From Candidatus Krumholzibacteriota bacterium (GTDB taxonomy: Bacteria > Krumholzibacteriota > Krumholzibacteriia > JAJRXK01), in assembly GCA_963727455.1 (NCBI GenBank), contig CAVSGG010000005.1, forward strand, positions 224,001 through 288,000: a stretch of 64,000 nucleotides of DNA, in the 5' to 3' direction. This document shows, piece by piece, positions 50,823 to 62,262 of this stretch. The position numbers were made by a program, and so were the translations under genes. Under the pieces are notes generated by a model. The model ran no database searches and was not told the DNA's origin. It was given only the letters and a program-made list of their open reading frames with translations. Within the stretch, counting starts at the first letter, position 1. The number at the start of each line of letters is the position of its first letter.

Positions 50823-50838
50823 TGCAGTCCCCGTGCCG
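50823..50838 (-). promoter_or_regulatory. Candidate sigma54 promoter of the pilus operon
   Basis: Minus strand CGGCACGGGGACTGCA, with an AT-rich IHF-like tract at 50857-50870 upstream. Confidence 0.55.
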
Positions 50839-50952
50839 GGATTCGATTATTCCGCGTAAGTATTTTGAAAGAAAGAAGTTATGGTGGAATTGCGGGCCAA
50901 ACAGATGGCTGCGGGAGGAGTCGGGAGAAATCATGGCAAGGCTGGATCCACC

Positions 50953-51358
50953 GTGTCCAATCCCTCCCCAAATGCCAGTCACGTGGCCCGCCGGGCGCGG
51001 CAAAGGGGACACATTTCGCTCGCGCCGCAGCCCGGGCTTCGCGGTATCGCCATCATTCTGGCCCTGTGGCTTCTATCTCCCTGGCCGCGGCGGGCTCTGC
51101 GGAGCCGCTCTCTCGCGGGACGAATTTCCGTGCGCGCGAGGGTGCTGCAAGCCGGTGGGGCAGAAGGAAATCCCGGACATGCTGGGCCAATTGCGGAAGG
51201 AGGTGCGCTTGCGTCCTTCCGCGTCCTGGTGGTCCAGCGCGAAACAGGGTGAATTCGCGAAGCTCAGCGAACGCCTCATCGATCACGATCTCCTGCGTGT
51301 GGGTCTGCTGAGAGGTCCCGAAGGGTATACGCTGCAGATCGAGTCTCTTGCCAATTGA
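50953..51358 (+). CDS. Probable small secreted protein, frameshifted
   Basis: Hydrophobic GIAIILALWLL, GRISVRARVL and C-terminal YTLQIESLAN spread over different frames; start uncertain. Confidence 0.35.
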
Positions 51359-51365
51359 GATGGTC

Positions 51366-52013
51366 TCAAGACTCTTCCCAGCTGAGTCGAGCACGTGCCC
51401 CGGTGGACTCGCGGATCTCCTCCGCGACCCGCAATGCCTGGGAGCGGCGGATCCGCAGATGGAGTCTGGGTGTGCCCGAGAAGTCTCGCTCGATCGATTT
51501 CACGGCGGCCGCGGAGCGGGCGAGATTGGGCTTCGACGGTTCCCAGATCTTCAAAGGAGCACTCCACGTGAGAGAGGCGTCGTGCCAGATGCGCTTCCGG
51601 GGAGCGATTTCCAGCGCACTGCGGGCCGCATCCGCGTAGGCTCGGACGAGCCCTCCGCGTCCGAGTTTGGTCCCCCCGAAGTAACGAGTGACCACGACGA
51701 AAGCGTCGTATAGCTTAGCGCGTTGGAGGGCGCCCAGAATGGGCACTCCGGCAGTTCCGGAAGGTTCGCCATCGTCATCGCTGCGTTCGACAAGAGAACC
51801 GGAGGACTTCAGGCGCGCCGCCCAACAATGGTGGCTCGCGTCGTGATAACGCCGTCGAAGGTGCGTGAGCTTCTCGTTCACGAGCTCCACATCCTCGACG
51901 TGAAAAGCCTGGGCGAGGAAACGCGAGCCCTTGATGCGCAGTTCGATCTCTTCTCCATCCTCGATGGAGGGAGTTGATTCGGGCTCGTCGGGGGAGGGCG
52001 CGTGGCTCGTCAT
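51366..52013 (-). CDS. yigZ: YigZ/IMPACT family protein
   Basis: IKGSRFLA, ASHHCWA, DDDGEPSGTAG and VVTRYFGGTKLGRGGLVRAY motifs; C-terminal part possibly affected by indels. Confidence 0.9.
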   Translation of the reverse strand: MTSHAPSPDEPESTPSIEDGEEIELRIKGSRFLAQAFHVEDVELVNEKLTHLRRRYHDASHHCWAARLKSSGSLVERSDDDGEPSGTAGVPILGALQRAKLYDAFVVVTRYFGGTKLGRGGLVRAYADAARSALEIAPRKRIWHDASLTWSAPLKIWEPSKPNLARSAAAVKSIERDFSGTPRLHLRIRRSQALRVAEEIRESTGARARLSWEES

Positions 52014-52034
52014 ATTGGCAGAGGCCTGTAGGGA

Positions 52035-53267
52035 ATGAAGATCCTGATCGTGAACAAATTCTACGACCTTCGTGGAGGCACTGAAAGGGTGATGTTCGAT
52101 CTCCGCGACGGGTTAGCGGCGCGCGGGCACGAACTCATTCCCTTTTCCATGCAGGATGCTCGCAACGAAGCCAGCGAATGGTCACGGTTTTTCGTTCCCT
52201 CGAGGGACTACGATGCGCCGGGTTTCGGCACCAAACTTCGTCAAGCGCGGCTGACCATTCACGATCCACAGGCACGCCGTTGCATGGAGGATTTGCTCGA
52301 CACGCTTCGTCCCGACCTCGCGCATCTCCATAACATTTACCATCAACTGAGCCCATCGATTCTTCAGCCGCTGACCCGGCGCAAGATTCCCGTGGTGATG
52401 ACATTCACGACTTCAAGCTAGCTTGCCCATCCTATACACTATTCCGCGACGGAGAAGCCCTGCCAAAAGTGCGTGGAAGTTGAAGTTGCCCTTCTGGTGC
52501 GCGGTTCACTGCTTGCTCGAGGGGAAGCCGGGCGGAGAGCATCGTTCTGAGTGTCGAGTCGAGCGTGCACCGAATTCAGCGCGTCTATGAACAGGGGGTG
52601 GATCGTTTCGTTTGTCCCTCTCATACCATGGCCGAGGTGATGCAAAGGCGCGGCATTCCGGAAGCGAAACTCGTCGTCATTCCCAATGCTCCGCGGAGGA
52701 TGGGGGAGGCGGCCGAACTGGAGCGAGAGAAGCGAGTTGCCGAGCGTACTTTTCGCGGGACGTCTGTCGCGCGAAAAGGGAGTCGATGACCTGGTGGAAG
52801 CGGCTCGGAAGACTCCGGGGATCAGGAGTCAGAATCGCGGGAGACGGGCCCTCGGCGGAGAGCTTGCGGGAGCGCGCGCGTGGGTTGCCCTGGGTGCAGT
52901 TCCTGGGACGCTTGAGTCCAGAAGAGCTGCGGAGCGAGCGAGCAAGAGCATGGTTGTGCGCGGTGCCGTCCATTTGCACCGAAAACGCGCCCCTCACGGT
53001 CCTGGAGAGTTACGGGAGCGGCCGTGGAGCGCTCGTCTCCGACCGCGGGGGGTTGAAGGAGCTCGTGGACGAGACTACGGGAAGCCGGGTCGAGGCCGGA
53101 AACCCGGAGGCTTGGCATGCGGCACTCGCGGCCATGGTGCAGCAAGAGGAAGTTTGGAAGGCGCGTGGCAAAGCGGCCCGGCGCAGGCTGGAGCAGGACT
53201 ACTCCTTCGAGCAGGTGCTAACGCCCACGAGAGCCTCTTCGAGGAGCTTAGTGGCGGATCAGCTTAG
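52035..53267 (+). CDS. GT4 glycosyltransferase, multiple frameshifts
   Basis: MKILIVNKFY..RGGTE, HLHNIYHQLSPS, FAGRLSREKGV, VPSICTENAPLTVLE in successive frames. Confidence 0.82.
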
Positions 53268-53343
53268 AATTCGCGGCCGCGCCACGGCTTGCTTTTCTTG
53301 GGTCGAAGAACTCGGGGTCAGCTTTCTCCCTAAAGGGTGGACC

Positions 53344-54399
53344 ATGTATCGATTCGGCATACTCGGCTGTGGACTTCACGGGGAACGTTACCTGCGCCAC
53401 ATGCTCAGGGACACGCCCGAGATTGACGCAGCCGCTGTGCGTCTGGCGGCGGAACGAAGCCGAACGCCAGCGCCTGGAAACGATCTACGGCGTGCGCGCA
53501 GTGGACACTCTCGAGGAACTCCTGAGCGTCGAGGAAATCGATGCCTATCTCGTGGCGACCCCGCCGGGACTTCATGCCCGCGAAATCCGGAAATTGCTCT
53601 CTCTCGGCGAAACCGATCCTGCTGGAGAAAGCCCCTGACCGCAAGTCTTGAAGAAGCGGACGATCTCTGGCGGGAGTATCCGCGAGCTTCCCCAGCAAGC
53701 ACTGATGGTGGCGCAGACTCTTCGCTTCAACGCGACCCTGCTTCGCGCGCGGGAACTGGTGGATGGACTGGGCGATTTGCATCGGATACGCCTTCAGCAA
53801 CGACTGCAGCCCACTCGCATCGAATGGCAACGCGATCCGCGGCTCTCCGGAGGAGGTTCCTTGACCCTCACCGGAGTTCATCTCTTCGACAATTTACGCT
53901 GGTTCGTCGGGAGGAGTCCCGACGCGGTGAGCGCGAGGGTGCTTGCCGTGGATGGCTTTCCCACCTCGAATCTGTTCGACGCCTGCTTCGAGTACGAACT
54001 GGAGCCCATCCTGTGCGCGACCGAGGTGAGCAAGTTCTCCGACACTAGGTCGTGCGTGATGGAGCTGGTGGGCACCAAGGGGCAGTTGATCGTGGACTAT
54101 CAACACGGGTGGATCGATCGTCTCGTGGGTTCTCGTCTGGAGAGGGTCGAGAGTCCGGGGAATCCTCCGACTCTGCCGGAGACACTGCGTCATTCTGTCG
54201 AGCGGTTCAGAAGGGCGGCGCAATGCCCATCACTTTTTACGATGGCAGGGAGACCCTGCGAATGGCGGAAGCGGCGCGCGTTTCGCATCGCGAGGGCCGT
54301 CGTGTTCGGCTGGAAGACATCGCCCCGGAAGACGGGCCGACCAATCCAACTCAAGGAGGAGTTTCACTATGCAAGCTAGCCGTACTGGGATCGTCTTAA
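53344..54399 (+). CDS. Gfo/Idh/MocA oxidoreductase, multiple frameshifts
   Basis: FGILGCGLHG, VATPPGLH, (L)EKPL, AQTLRF, GGGSLTLTGVH; end approximate. Confidence 0.8.
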
Positions 54400-55157
54400 C
54401 GGCATTTCTGCTTCTCGCCGCATGGGCGCCGTCTTCGGCGAAGCCCAGGGCGAGCTGGACTACTGGCAGGTCCTGGCCATGGACCGCGTGGCGTTCAGGA
54501 TCAAGACCGTGGCATCTGATGCCCGCAACCGACGAACCGGGCCAAATCATGGTATACGGAGATCGCTACGGCTACTTGCGTGCCAATCAGGTAAGCGGGG
54601 ACGGCACTACGGAAATTTGGCGCAGCCGTACCTCTGGACGGCGAGGTTTGGCAGGTAATGGTCGAGGACCTCGATGGGGATGGACGGGTCGAGATTCTCT
54701 GCCGCACGAAGGGCGGCCGCATTTACGTTTACGACGATACCTTCAATCCCCGATGGGAAAATTTGCGCGAGGATTACCAGGAAATCTCGGCCATGGCCAT
54801 CGCCAACATGGACGATGACCCGCCTACGAGATTGGTCATTCTCGGCGACGGACATATCGATTATATCGACGGCAAGGATTTCACTCGTCAGTACCGTTCG
54901 ACACAGACTTATCAAGCTACCGAGCTGGCGGTGGGCAACGTGGACAGCGATGCGAATCTGGAGATCGTGCTCAACACGGGGCTGGTGCTTGGATGGAGTG
55001 AGACTGGAACCCAAGTGGAGTACTGACGAGTTCGGTTCGATGATCGAATTACTGGACATCGACGGGGACGGGATCGAGGAGATTCTGGGTTACGAAAACA
55101 ATGGCGAGAATGATGATTTACGAGGCGGATCAGCAGCAGGAAAAACCGGTACGTTGA
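54369..55157 (+). CDS. Secreted FG-GAP/VCBS-repeat protein, frameshifted
   Basis: Signal peptide; repeats DLDGDGRVEI, NMDDDP, NVDSDANLEI, DIDGDGIEEI. Confidence 0.7.
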
Positions 55158-55175
55158 AAAGGGTCGCGTCAAAGA

Positions 55176-55210
55176 AAAACCCCGTCGAGTATCGTGCTCG
55201 ACGGGGTTTT
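55176..55210. terminator. Bidirectional Rho-independent terminator
   Basis: AAAACCCCGTCGAG-TATCGTG-CTCGACGGGGTTTT. Confidence 0.85.
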
Positions 55211-55240
55211 AAACACTCAGGTCTTCGTCACGTTCCCAAG

Positions 55241-55309
55241 TCATTTGCGTAACCACCAAAAGATGTCGATTCCCAAGATGAAGAGGCTTGCGATCGTTGC
55301 GAGATGCAT
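55241..55309 (-). CDS. 22-aa hydrophobic small peptide MHLATIASLFILGIDIFWWLRK
   Basis: AGGGAG RBS 5 nt before ATG, TGA stop, sigma54-like motif upstream, terminator 30 nt downstream; below the ORF-track size cutoff. Confidence 0.55.
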   Translation of the reverse strand: MHLATIASLFILGIDIFWWLRK

Positions 55310-55382
55310 GATTGCTCCCTCGTGTAGGGCCCCGTGCGGAGTGTGACGAGACGCACCCCGCAAATGGGCCACTGACGGATTG

Positions 55383-57901
55383 TCAAGACACTCGTGGCTG
55401 CAGAAAGCGTGCCAGATGATCCATCCTGGCGGAACTTGAGAACCAACAAGGTCTTGTCGTCCGTCGCCTCACCCGTCGAGAACTGCGAAACGGCTTGAAA
55501 GACGGCGTCCCGAATGGATTTTGCCTCCTGATCCAGCTTCGCTGTCAGTTCCTGGACGAAGCGGGGCAGTCCGAAGGAGTCCTGGTTCTCATCCTCTTCG
55601 TCGACGATGCCGTCGCTATAGGCCGCCACGACATCGCCCACGTGAAGGCGGATCCACCCATCGAAGTAATGGCTGTTGGGCAGCACTCCGAGTACCGGGC
55701 CGCCGCGGGTCAGGCTCTCCACCCGTCCTTCAGCGTGACGGCACCACAGGGGAGGATCGATTCCCGCGGTGCAGTAGTTGAGTACGCCATTGTGAGGGTC
55801 GAAGATGGCGAGGAAGCAGGCGATGAAGTGATGCTCGGCCGTCATGCCGTGGACCTGTTGATTGAAATGGTCCGCTACTTCGGCACAGCTCATGAATGGT
55901 CGCGCAGTCTCGCGCAGCGCAGCGCGGACGCTGCTCATGAGCAAGCTCGCGGGAACGCCCTTCCCCGAGGCATCGGCCACCGCGAGCAAAATGCGTTGGT
56001 CGGGTAATTCGAAGTAATCGAAGACATCACCGCCAATTTGGCGGCAGGGGATCATGCGACCGCTAAGGGAAAAATTGCTGCTCTCCAAATCCCGCGGCGG
56101 AAGCAATTGGGCCTGGATCTCCCGTGCCAGATCCATCTCTGCCGCGATTCGTTCGCGCACCAGATCCTCGCGAATGCATCATCGCGTTTTCCAGGCTCAT
56201 GCCGGCCTGGTTGAGTAGCTGCCGGAAATGGTAGAGCGCGACTTCGCCGTAGATCTCTCCGGCTATGGCGGGTCCCACCACCAACAACGCAAGTGGCCGG
56301 TCACGACCCCACAGCGGGGCGAGGATCGTTGCGTCGGTCGTGCTGAGAAACTGCTGGCTCGCAGGATCCAGTCGGAAGGGACGGGGTCCGGTCAGCTCGG
56401 GTTCGACCAGGAGGGGTTCCCGGCGGGAGAGCGCTGCCGTGAGCATGGAGGAATCGGGCTCGAGGGTCGGGGGTAGGTTGGAGTACTGCGGGATCCGCCT
56501 TCTGCTGAATGAGGCGCAGGGTGTCATTCCTCGACGCGGTAGAAGCAAAGGTAGCGCGCGGGCAGGAGCTCTCCGCCGTGAGAACAGAGGAACTCGGCGA
56601 GCTCCTCGGGGGAGCGGGTTCCCGTGAGTTCGGCCGTGAGCTCGCCCGCGCGCTCACGGAGTTCGAGCTGACCGGGATAGAAGATCCGGTCGATGATCCG
56701 CGCCACCGGGCGGCGTGCCGGCATGGCCGCGAAGCTCAGAGCCGAAGATGGCCACGACGGCGACGAGGTAGATCATCCCCCGGCTGATTCCCGCCAGCTG
56801 CGGTCCGAGTCCCAAGAAGAGAAGCGCGCCCAGAGCGGCCAGGGGCAGAGCCAAAGTGAGTGCGATCATCGACTGCCGCGCCAGATAGGCGATGTCGATC
56901 GTGCCGGTGCGGAGCAGGGCGACGCTGAAGGAGAGAGGAACGAAAGGCAGCAGGAGCAGGCTGGCCTCTTCCAAGGGGAGCGGGATTGGCGGGCCAGAGC
57001 TGTCTCGCCACCGTCGCAAGGGTGATGGGAAGAATTCCGAGAATCATTCCCACCAGGGCGAGGCGGAGCTTACTCCACAGCACCCAGTGGTTCTCACGGC
57101 GAATTTTGCGATCGAAGACGACGATCGCTGCCACGATGTAGACTGCGAAGAGAATCGCGGTCGCGATGCTTACCTGCTTGACCAAAGCGCTGTCGGGCGG
57201 GACGGAGACGAGATAGATGTAGAGATGAAAGAGAGCGAGTACCTAGCGGTGGGGCCAGCAGCCAACGGTGCTCGGGCCGCCCGAAACTCCGGCACCTTCG
57301 GGAAAGATCAAAAAGAAGCGCAAGAAGGCGGCGGGCAAAAGAGCCCTGATGCGTTTCGTAGCAATTCCTCCAAGCCCATGACCAAGACCCACGGAAAGGT
57401 CGGCAAATCCAAGAGGAGAATCGCGAAGAGGATGCAGATCGCGTAGAAGAGTCTGCCCAGGGCATCGTCACGGCGCAAGAAGGTGATGAAGCCGAGAAAG
57501 ACGAAGAGCAGACCCATCGAAGTGGCGAGATAATCTCGAAACCTGCGACTGGGGCTGCGTGTTCCAATCGTCATCTGCAACTTCACTGACTCGGATTGAC
57601 GGCGTAGCTGGAGTTCGACCTTGTCGCCGGCACGTAGCCCGAAGGATGCGGCCTGATAGGAGGGGTAATCGGGCGTATTCTGTCCATTCAGTGCGAGGAG
57701 AACGTCCTCGGGGAGAACCCCAGCGCGATCCGCCGGCCCGTCTCTCGCGAACCGAGACGATTTCCGTTTCCCTCCAATGACATTCCGGGGTCGGGCCGGT
57801 GCCACAGCTCTACCGCCCCGGGAATCTCGAGCGCGATGAGAAGGGGGGCGATCGCCAGCAAGATGCGTCGACTGATTCGCGTGGCGCTGGAGCCGGTGCA
57901 T
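55383..57901 (-). CDS. PDZ / multi-TM / GAF-like / SpoIIE (PP2C) phosphatase, multiple frameshifts; ends approximate
   Basis: DGPADRAGVLPEDVLLALNG (PDZ), TM segments, LAREIQ, IGGDVFD, VADASGKGVPA, YSDGIVD, DDKTL. Confidence 0.8.
55399..55415 (-). promoter_or_regulatory. Candidate sigma54 promoter
   Basis: Minus strand CTGGCACGCTTTCTGCA (perfect TGGCACG -24 box), 90 nt before ATG 55309. Confidence 0.6.
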
Positions 57902-57976
57902 CTCGATGGGATCCTTCGCTGAGGTTCAGAGTCGGGAGAGAGCTGAAGAGTTCACGTGGTCCAAGCTCGCGCTGAT

Positions 57977-60900
57977 CTACTTCAAGAGTACCATGGCTTT
58001 GCTGAGTTGGCGGGAACCGCTTCGCAACACATAGAAGTAGGTCCCGGCTGAGACCTGACGGCCGCTGGCATCCATTACCATCCCAGATCACACTGTGTTC
58101 GCCGGAGGGCATCAGCTCGTCGCGCAAACTGGTGACGAAGACGCCCCGAGGAATCATAGATCTTCAAGCTCGTTCTCTCCTCGCGAGGACAGGGAGAAGC
58201 TGATCGTGGTACGCGGATTGAAGGGATTGGGATAGTTCTGAGCCAGCAGCAAGCGTGCGGCGGGGTCGGCGCGAGAGTCAGAGACAGCTCGGCCACTCCC
58301 GATTCCAGTCGGCCGGATTTCGTCGATCCAGTCGATGCGATAGCGCAGTGTGTTGCCGCTCTGAAGTCCGTTCGTGTCGTCAAGGAAAGACACTTTCCCC
58401 CCTGCGGGTACCAGCGGCTCTCCACTTCGAACTTGATAGGCGCCGGAGTTCACCGACCGCGCAAGCTGAAAGCTGCCCTGGATGCCGACCGGCACCTGCC
58501 AGCTCAGCAAAACTCCCCGAACCCTCCTGGTTGGCGCTCAGCTGCGAAACGAGAACGGGTACGTCGGTTCTCGCTGCGGTCGTCAGTTCCAGACACCAGT
58601 CCACGAGTTGTCCCTGATCGCCGGCCGCGAGGTCTCTCACCTCGAGGGACCAGTCGCCCGTCGCAAGCTCCTGGAGAGAAATCGTCGAGGGATCCGGGTC
58701 CATCGACTCGGGTGGAATCGGGATAGAGGGCATGAATGTCGTCGAGGTCGCTCCCCGTCCTGTTTTGCAAGACGACCTCGGTACCCGCCGGCGATCGTAG
58801 AACGACCTGCAAGTCTCCGCGCCATGGATGATCGATGTCCACCCACACGCGCAGAGATTTGATCTCCCCGGATTGCGTGCTCGTGAGGACCGAGGTCACT
58901 CCGGCGGGGTCCCCGTCGGGAATCACGTGCATGGTGTCATTACAGCTCTTGATGATCGTGATCGGACGAAGTTGGAAGTCGAAGTTCTTCCGTGACTCGC
59001 CATCGCGAGCTGCAAGCGCGCGCGGAGTGGTTTCGAAGCCCTCGGGTCCTTCGACCCAGATCTCGTGCTCCCCGGAGTAGAAGGGACCCAAGCTATAGGC
59101 GCCACTGGCGTCGGTCGTCGTGCTGATTCCCGAGGGTTCCTCCCAAACTCGCAAACCTTCGACCGAGGAATTCTCGGTCAGGCTAACCTTGCCCGAGACG
59201 GTACAATTGGGCGCGGGTTGGTCCGTCGTCAGAAAATGGGCCGTGTTCTCCGCCAGATGAGCGGCAGCGCTCGCGATCACTCAGCTGCGAATAGGCAAAC
59301 GCCCAGTAGACGAGTTGTGCGCTCACGGGGCTGGTATCGTTGTCGTAGACCAAAACTCCGGCGTTTTGCGTTTCCTCGGATTGCCGTACAGAAGGAACGC
59401 GTCTGATGCGGGAACCATGGAGTCCTGATCGCCATACCCGCCGCTGGTGTCGATCGCCAGGGCTCGGGGAAGGAGATTGGGACTTTCGCGCAAGCGGCGT
59501 ATCGATTCCGGACGAGGTCAGCGCCCCGCTGGCGTCTCCCTCCCAGCGAAGGACGTGCAGAACTTGGCTGGCGAATTCCGGATAGCCCGGGCTCGAGGCC
59601 GCGTCGAAACCAATTTCGCCGCCTTCGATCAAGAGCTTGCCGCCATTTGCATCCAAGCCGACGAGATTCGCCCGTAGATTGCCGTCGGCAGCAGGATCCG
59701 TGGATTGACCGAAGGAAACCACCAGAAGATCGTAGTTCTGCCAGCTCTGGGGATCACTGCTCTGCGCGCTTTCCTCGGTGACGAGGAATCCAGCGGCCTC
59801 GCAGATCCGTGGCGAGTTTGGCGCGCTCAGCCCCTTGACCTGGGTCGGAGAGATCAGGCTCTTCGCGCTCGGATCGAATTTTTGCGAGGCCGTCGTGGTG
59901 GTGTCCTCTCCATTCAAAACGAGCACTTTGCGCGGCGCGGCCGTGACGAAGAACGAATGGGGACCGGACTGTGCGAGGTTACCATCGACCGAGGAATCGC
60001 TGAGCGCTAATGAGGTAAGCGATCGAATCTCCTACGGACATCGCGAAATCGGGATAGGGAAAGGGAGCCGCGTACTGGTTGTTGCCCTGGTCCACGAGAG
60101 GAAAATCCTGCATGAAGGTGCCGTTTCGGTACCAACTCGCGCGTGACCGAGGAAATACCCGAGGCGTCGAGGACGGTTGCGCTGATCGTGGGGGGCCATA
60201 GCTCGATCGGGGTATCACTCAGAGGATCGTGCTGGATCGTGGGCGGAATCGAGTCCGATGCAAGGTCGAAAGAGTAGTACTCCGCCGGCCCGCCCGCGGG
60301 TGCATAGATCTCGACTCCCACCGAGTCCGTTGCCGCGATCAGGTAGTCGATCCTGGCGTTGTGACCTGGTCCGGGGATTTCTCCCTGCCACAGGTCCGAG
60401 CCTTGGTTTGTCATTGCGACGATAGTCCAGGGATCGCTTGCGTTCGCTCGCCAGTAGAGGCGAACCGGATCGATGGACGCCAAAGGCTTCACGTGCCCCA
60501 CTTGCGCGTCTACGAGGTAAGGGCCCTGCATGTCATCGGTGTCGCTCAGGGGTGTGTGCACGATGTTGAGCTCGTAGCTGGGTTGGATGCCTCGCTCCTG
60601 ATAGGCGGCGTGGATCTGCGCGAGGTGCTGGCCTCCATAGAGGCTCTCGTCGACCAGCAGCGTGCCGTTGGCGAAGTCTTTGAATGTCGCGGTAGGTCCG
60701 ATGTGGAAGAACGACTCCACGACGAGTTTGTCGGTGACTTGCTTTCCTAGCTGATTCCATAGCTTCCACCAGACCGAGGAGATGATCTCGCCATCTGTGT
60801 GGATTTCCCCCACCATGTCGTCTGGATAGATCTTCGTGGAGTCCGTTCGCCGTAGATAGGGAGGTGGGCCTGGATTGTACGAGGTGGCGTCCCATTCTCC

Positions 60901-62262
60901 CACCAGTGCATTGGCCCCAAAGGTCGCTGCGACGTAGTCGCCAAAGGCCTCTGAGATCGCTCCCGTCTCGCCGGAATTGGTGAAATCGGGCACGATGTTC
61001 TCATGGATCGCGTGTCCGTATTCGTGAAGGACGATCTCGCCGTCCTCTGCGTCGTCGACCCCACCGTCACCGAAGCGGATATCGTCGGTCACCGGGCTAT
61101 ACATGCTGTTGTCCGCCTCGAGTGCGTGCGCGAAAATCCTGGTTGAGCGGTTGTTCGCATCGAAGATCCCCAGAGTGTTCTGCAGGTAGTTTTGGAAGGT
61201 GTCGATGTGCCAATAGGCATTTACCGCGTGAAAGGGCGACTTCGCGAGGTCCGCGCTGTAGTCGAAGACGAGTGACGGATCGGAAGGCTGGGTGGTGTAG
61301 TCCAGCCAAGCGTCCACGTACTCCCCGCGCAGGAGCCCCGTCCCGTCCAGACGTTCCAGGACTTCATCTTGGCGAAAACCATCCATCGGATCCCCGTCCC
61401 GCAAATCGTAGCGTTCTGGATGGCCGTTGAGAGGATTGTCCACCAAGACCAGTCCGCTACCCTGGCTCGAACTGGCCTCGTGCCAGTGCTGAGGTAGGGG
61501 GCGGGCAATGTGGGGGGATTGAGGATGCGTGGCGCGGAACCCAGCTGCTTGCCATCGGACATGGCATTGACCGTACTCAGGACCTGGCCGCTCTGTGCGT
61601 CGACTTCGCTGATCCAATCGCCGAGCGGCGCCCAGAGCGCCTGCGTGACCTTCCAGACGAGGGCACGACGCGCAGTGTCCAATGTGAGTTCGGTCGTTTC
61701 GGGGACGCGAGCTTCGCCTTCAGCGTTCACCGCGGCTCGCGAAGCTCTGAGCGCCGCCTCCCCGGAGACAGCGGGAGTCGTCGGGAATCTCCCATTACTA
61801 CGCGGAAGTGGTCGTCCACTGCGAGGATCCGGCCGCGGTCGATTCAGGTGGACACACACCCAACCGTCCTTCACCGCAACGCCCTTGAAGTACTGCCTTC
61901 GCCAGAGGTGAAGTCCGCTCGGGCTACTGCGCTCTCGATCGCGACGCAGCTCGTAGGAACCTGCCTCGTCGATGCCTACCGCTCGTCCAAAAAGCGCCAG
62001 AGAATGTTGCCGCAAGAAACTCGCGGCAAGCTCGCGGGGATCTCCCGTCGAACCGGACGATTGCGTGCGAGTCGAGGCGTAGAGTTGCGGTGGGAGCGAC
62101 TCGGAGGCGCTCTGCACCAGACGGTAACCCGCCCGCCAGAGCGATTGTTCATCCTCGACGCGAGCCGCCGCTCCCCGCCGGCCCAAACGAAGCGAGCCTG
62201 GCAGAGGAGGATGAGGAGAAGGGATGCAAGCCAGCTGGCCCGCGGAATCGGTGAGCTCACAA
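57977..62262 (-). CDS. Large secreted M36/M4-type metalloprotease with propeptide, Ig-like, P-proprotein and FlgD-Ig domains; many frameshifts
   Basis: FTP/PepSY-like propeptide, VNAYWH, DDAEDGEIVLHEYGHAIH...GAISEAFGD, IDHPWRGDL, LAQNYPNPFNPRTTISF. Confidence 0.8.

Noticed and set aside
55241-55309. trpL-like attenuator leader (tandem WW codons)
   Set aside because: No same-strand gene lies downstream; the terminator is followed by a convergent gene. Kept only as a small-peptide candidate.
55228-55382. C-terminal extension of the PP2C ORF
   Set aside because: It runs well past the DDKTL end of the SpoIIE domain in an indel-rich zone and overlaps the small-ORF unit; probably read-through.
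48647-62262. Programmed frameshifting or a pseudogene island
   Set aside because: Indels are scattered and often compensating, with no recurring slippery motif seen; sequencing error is more parsimonious.
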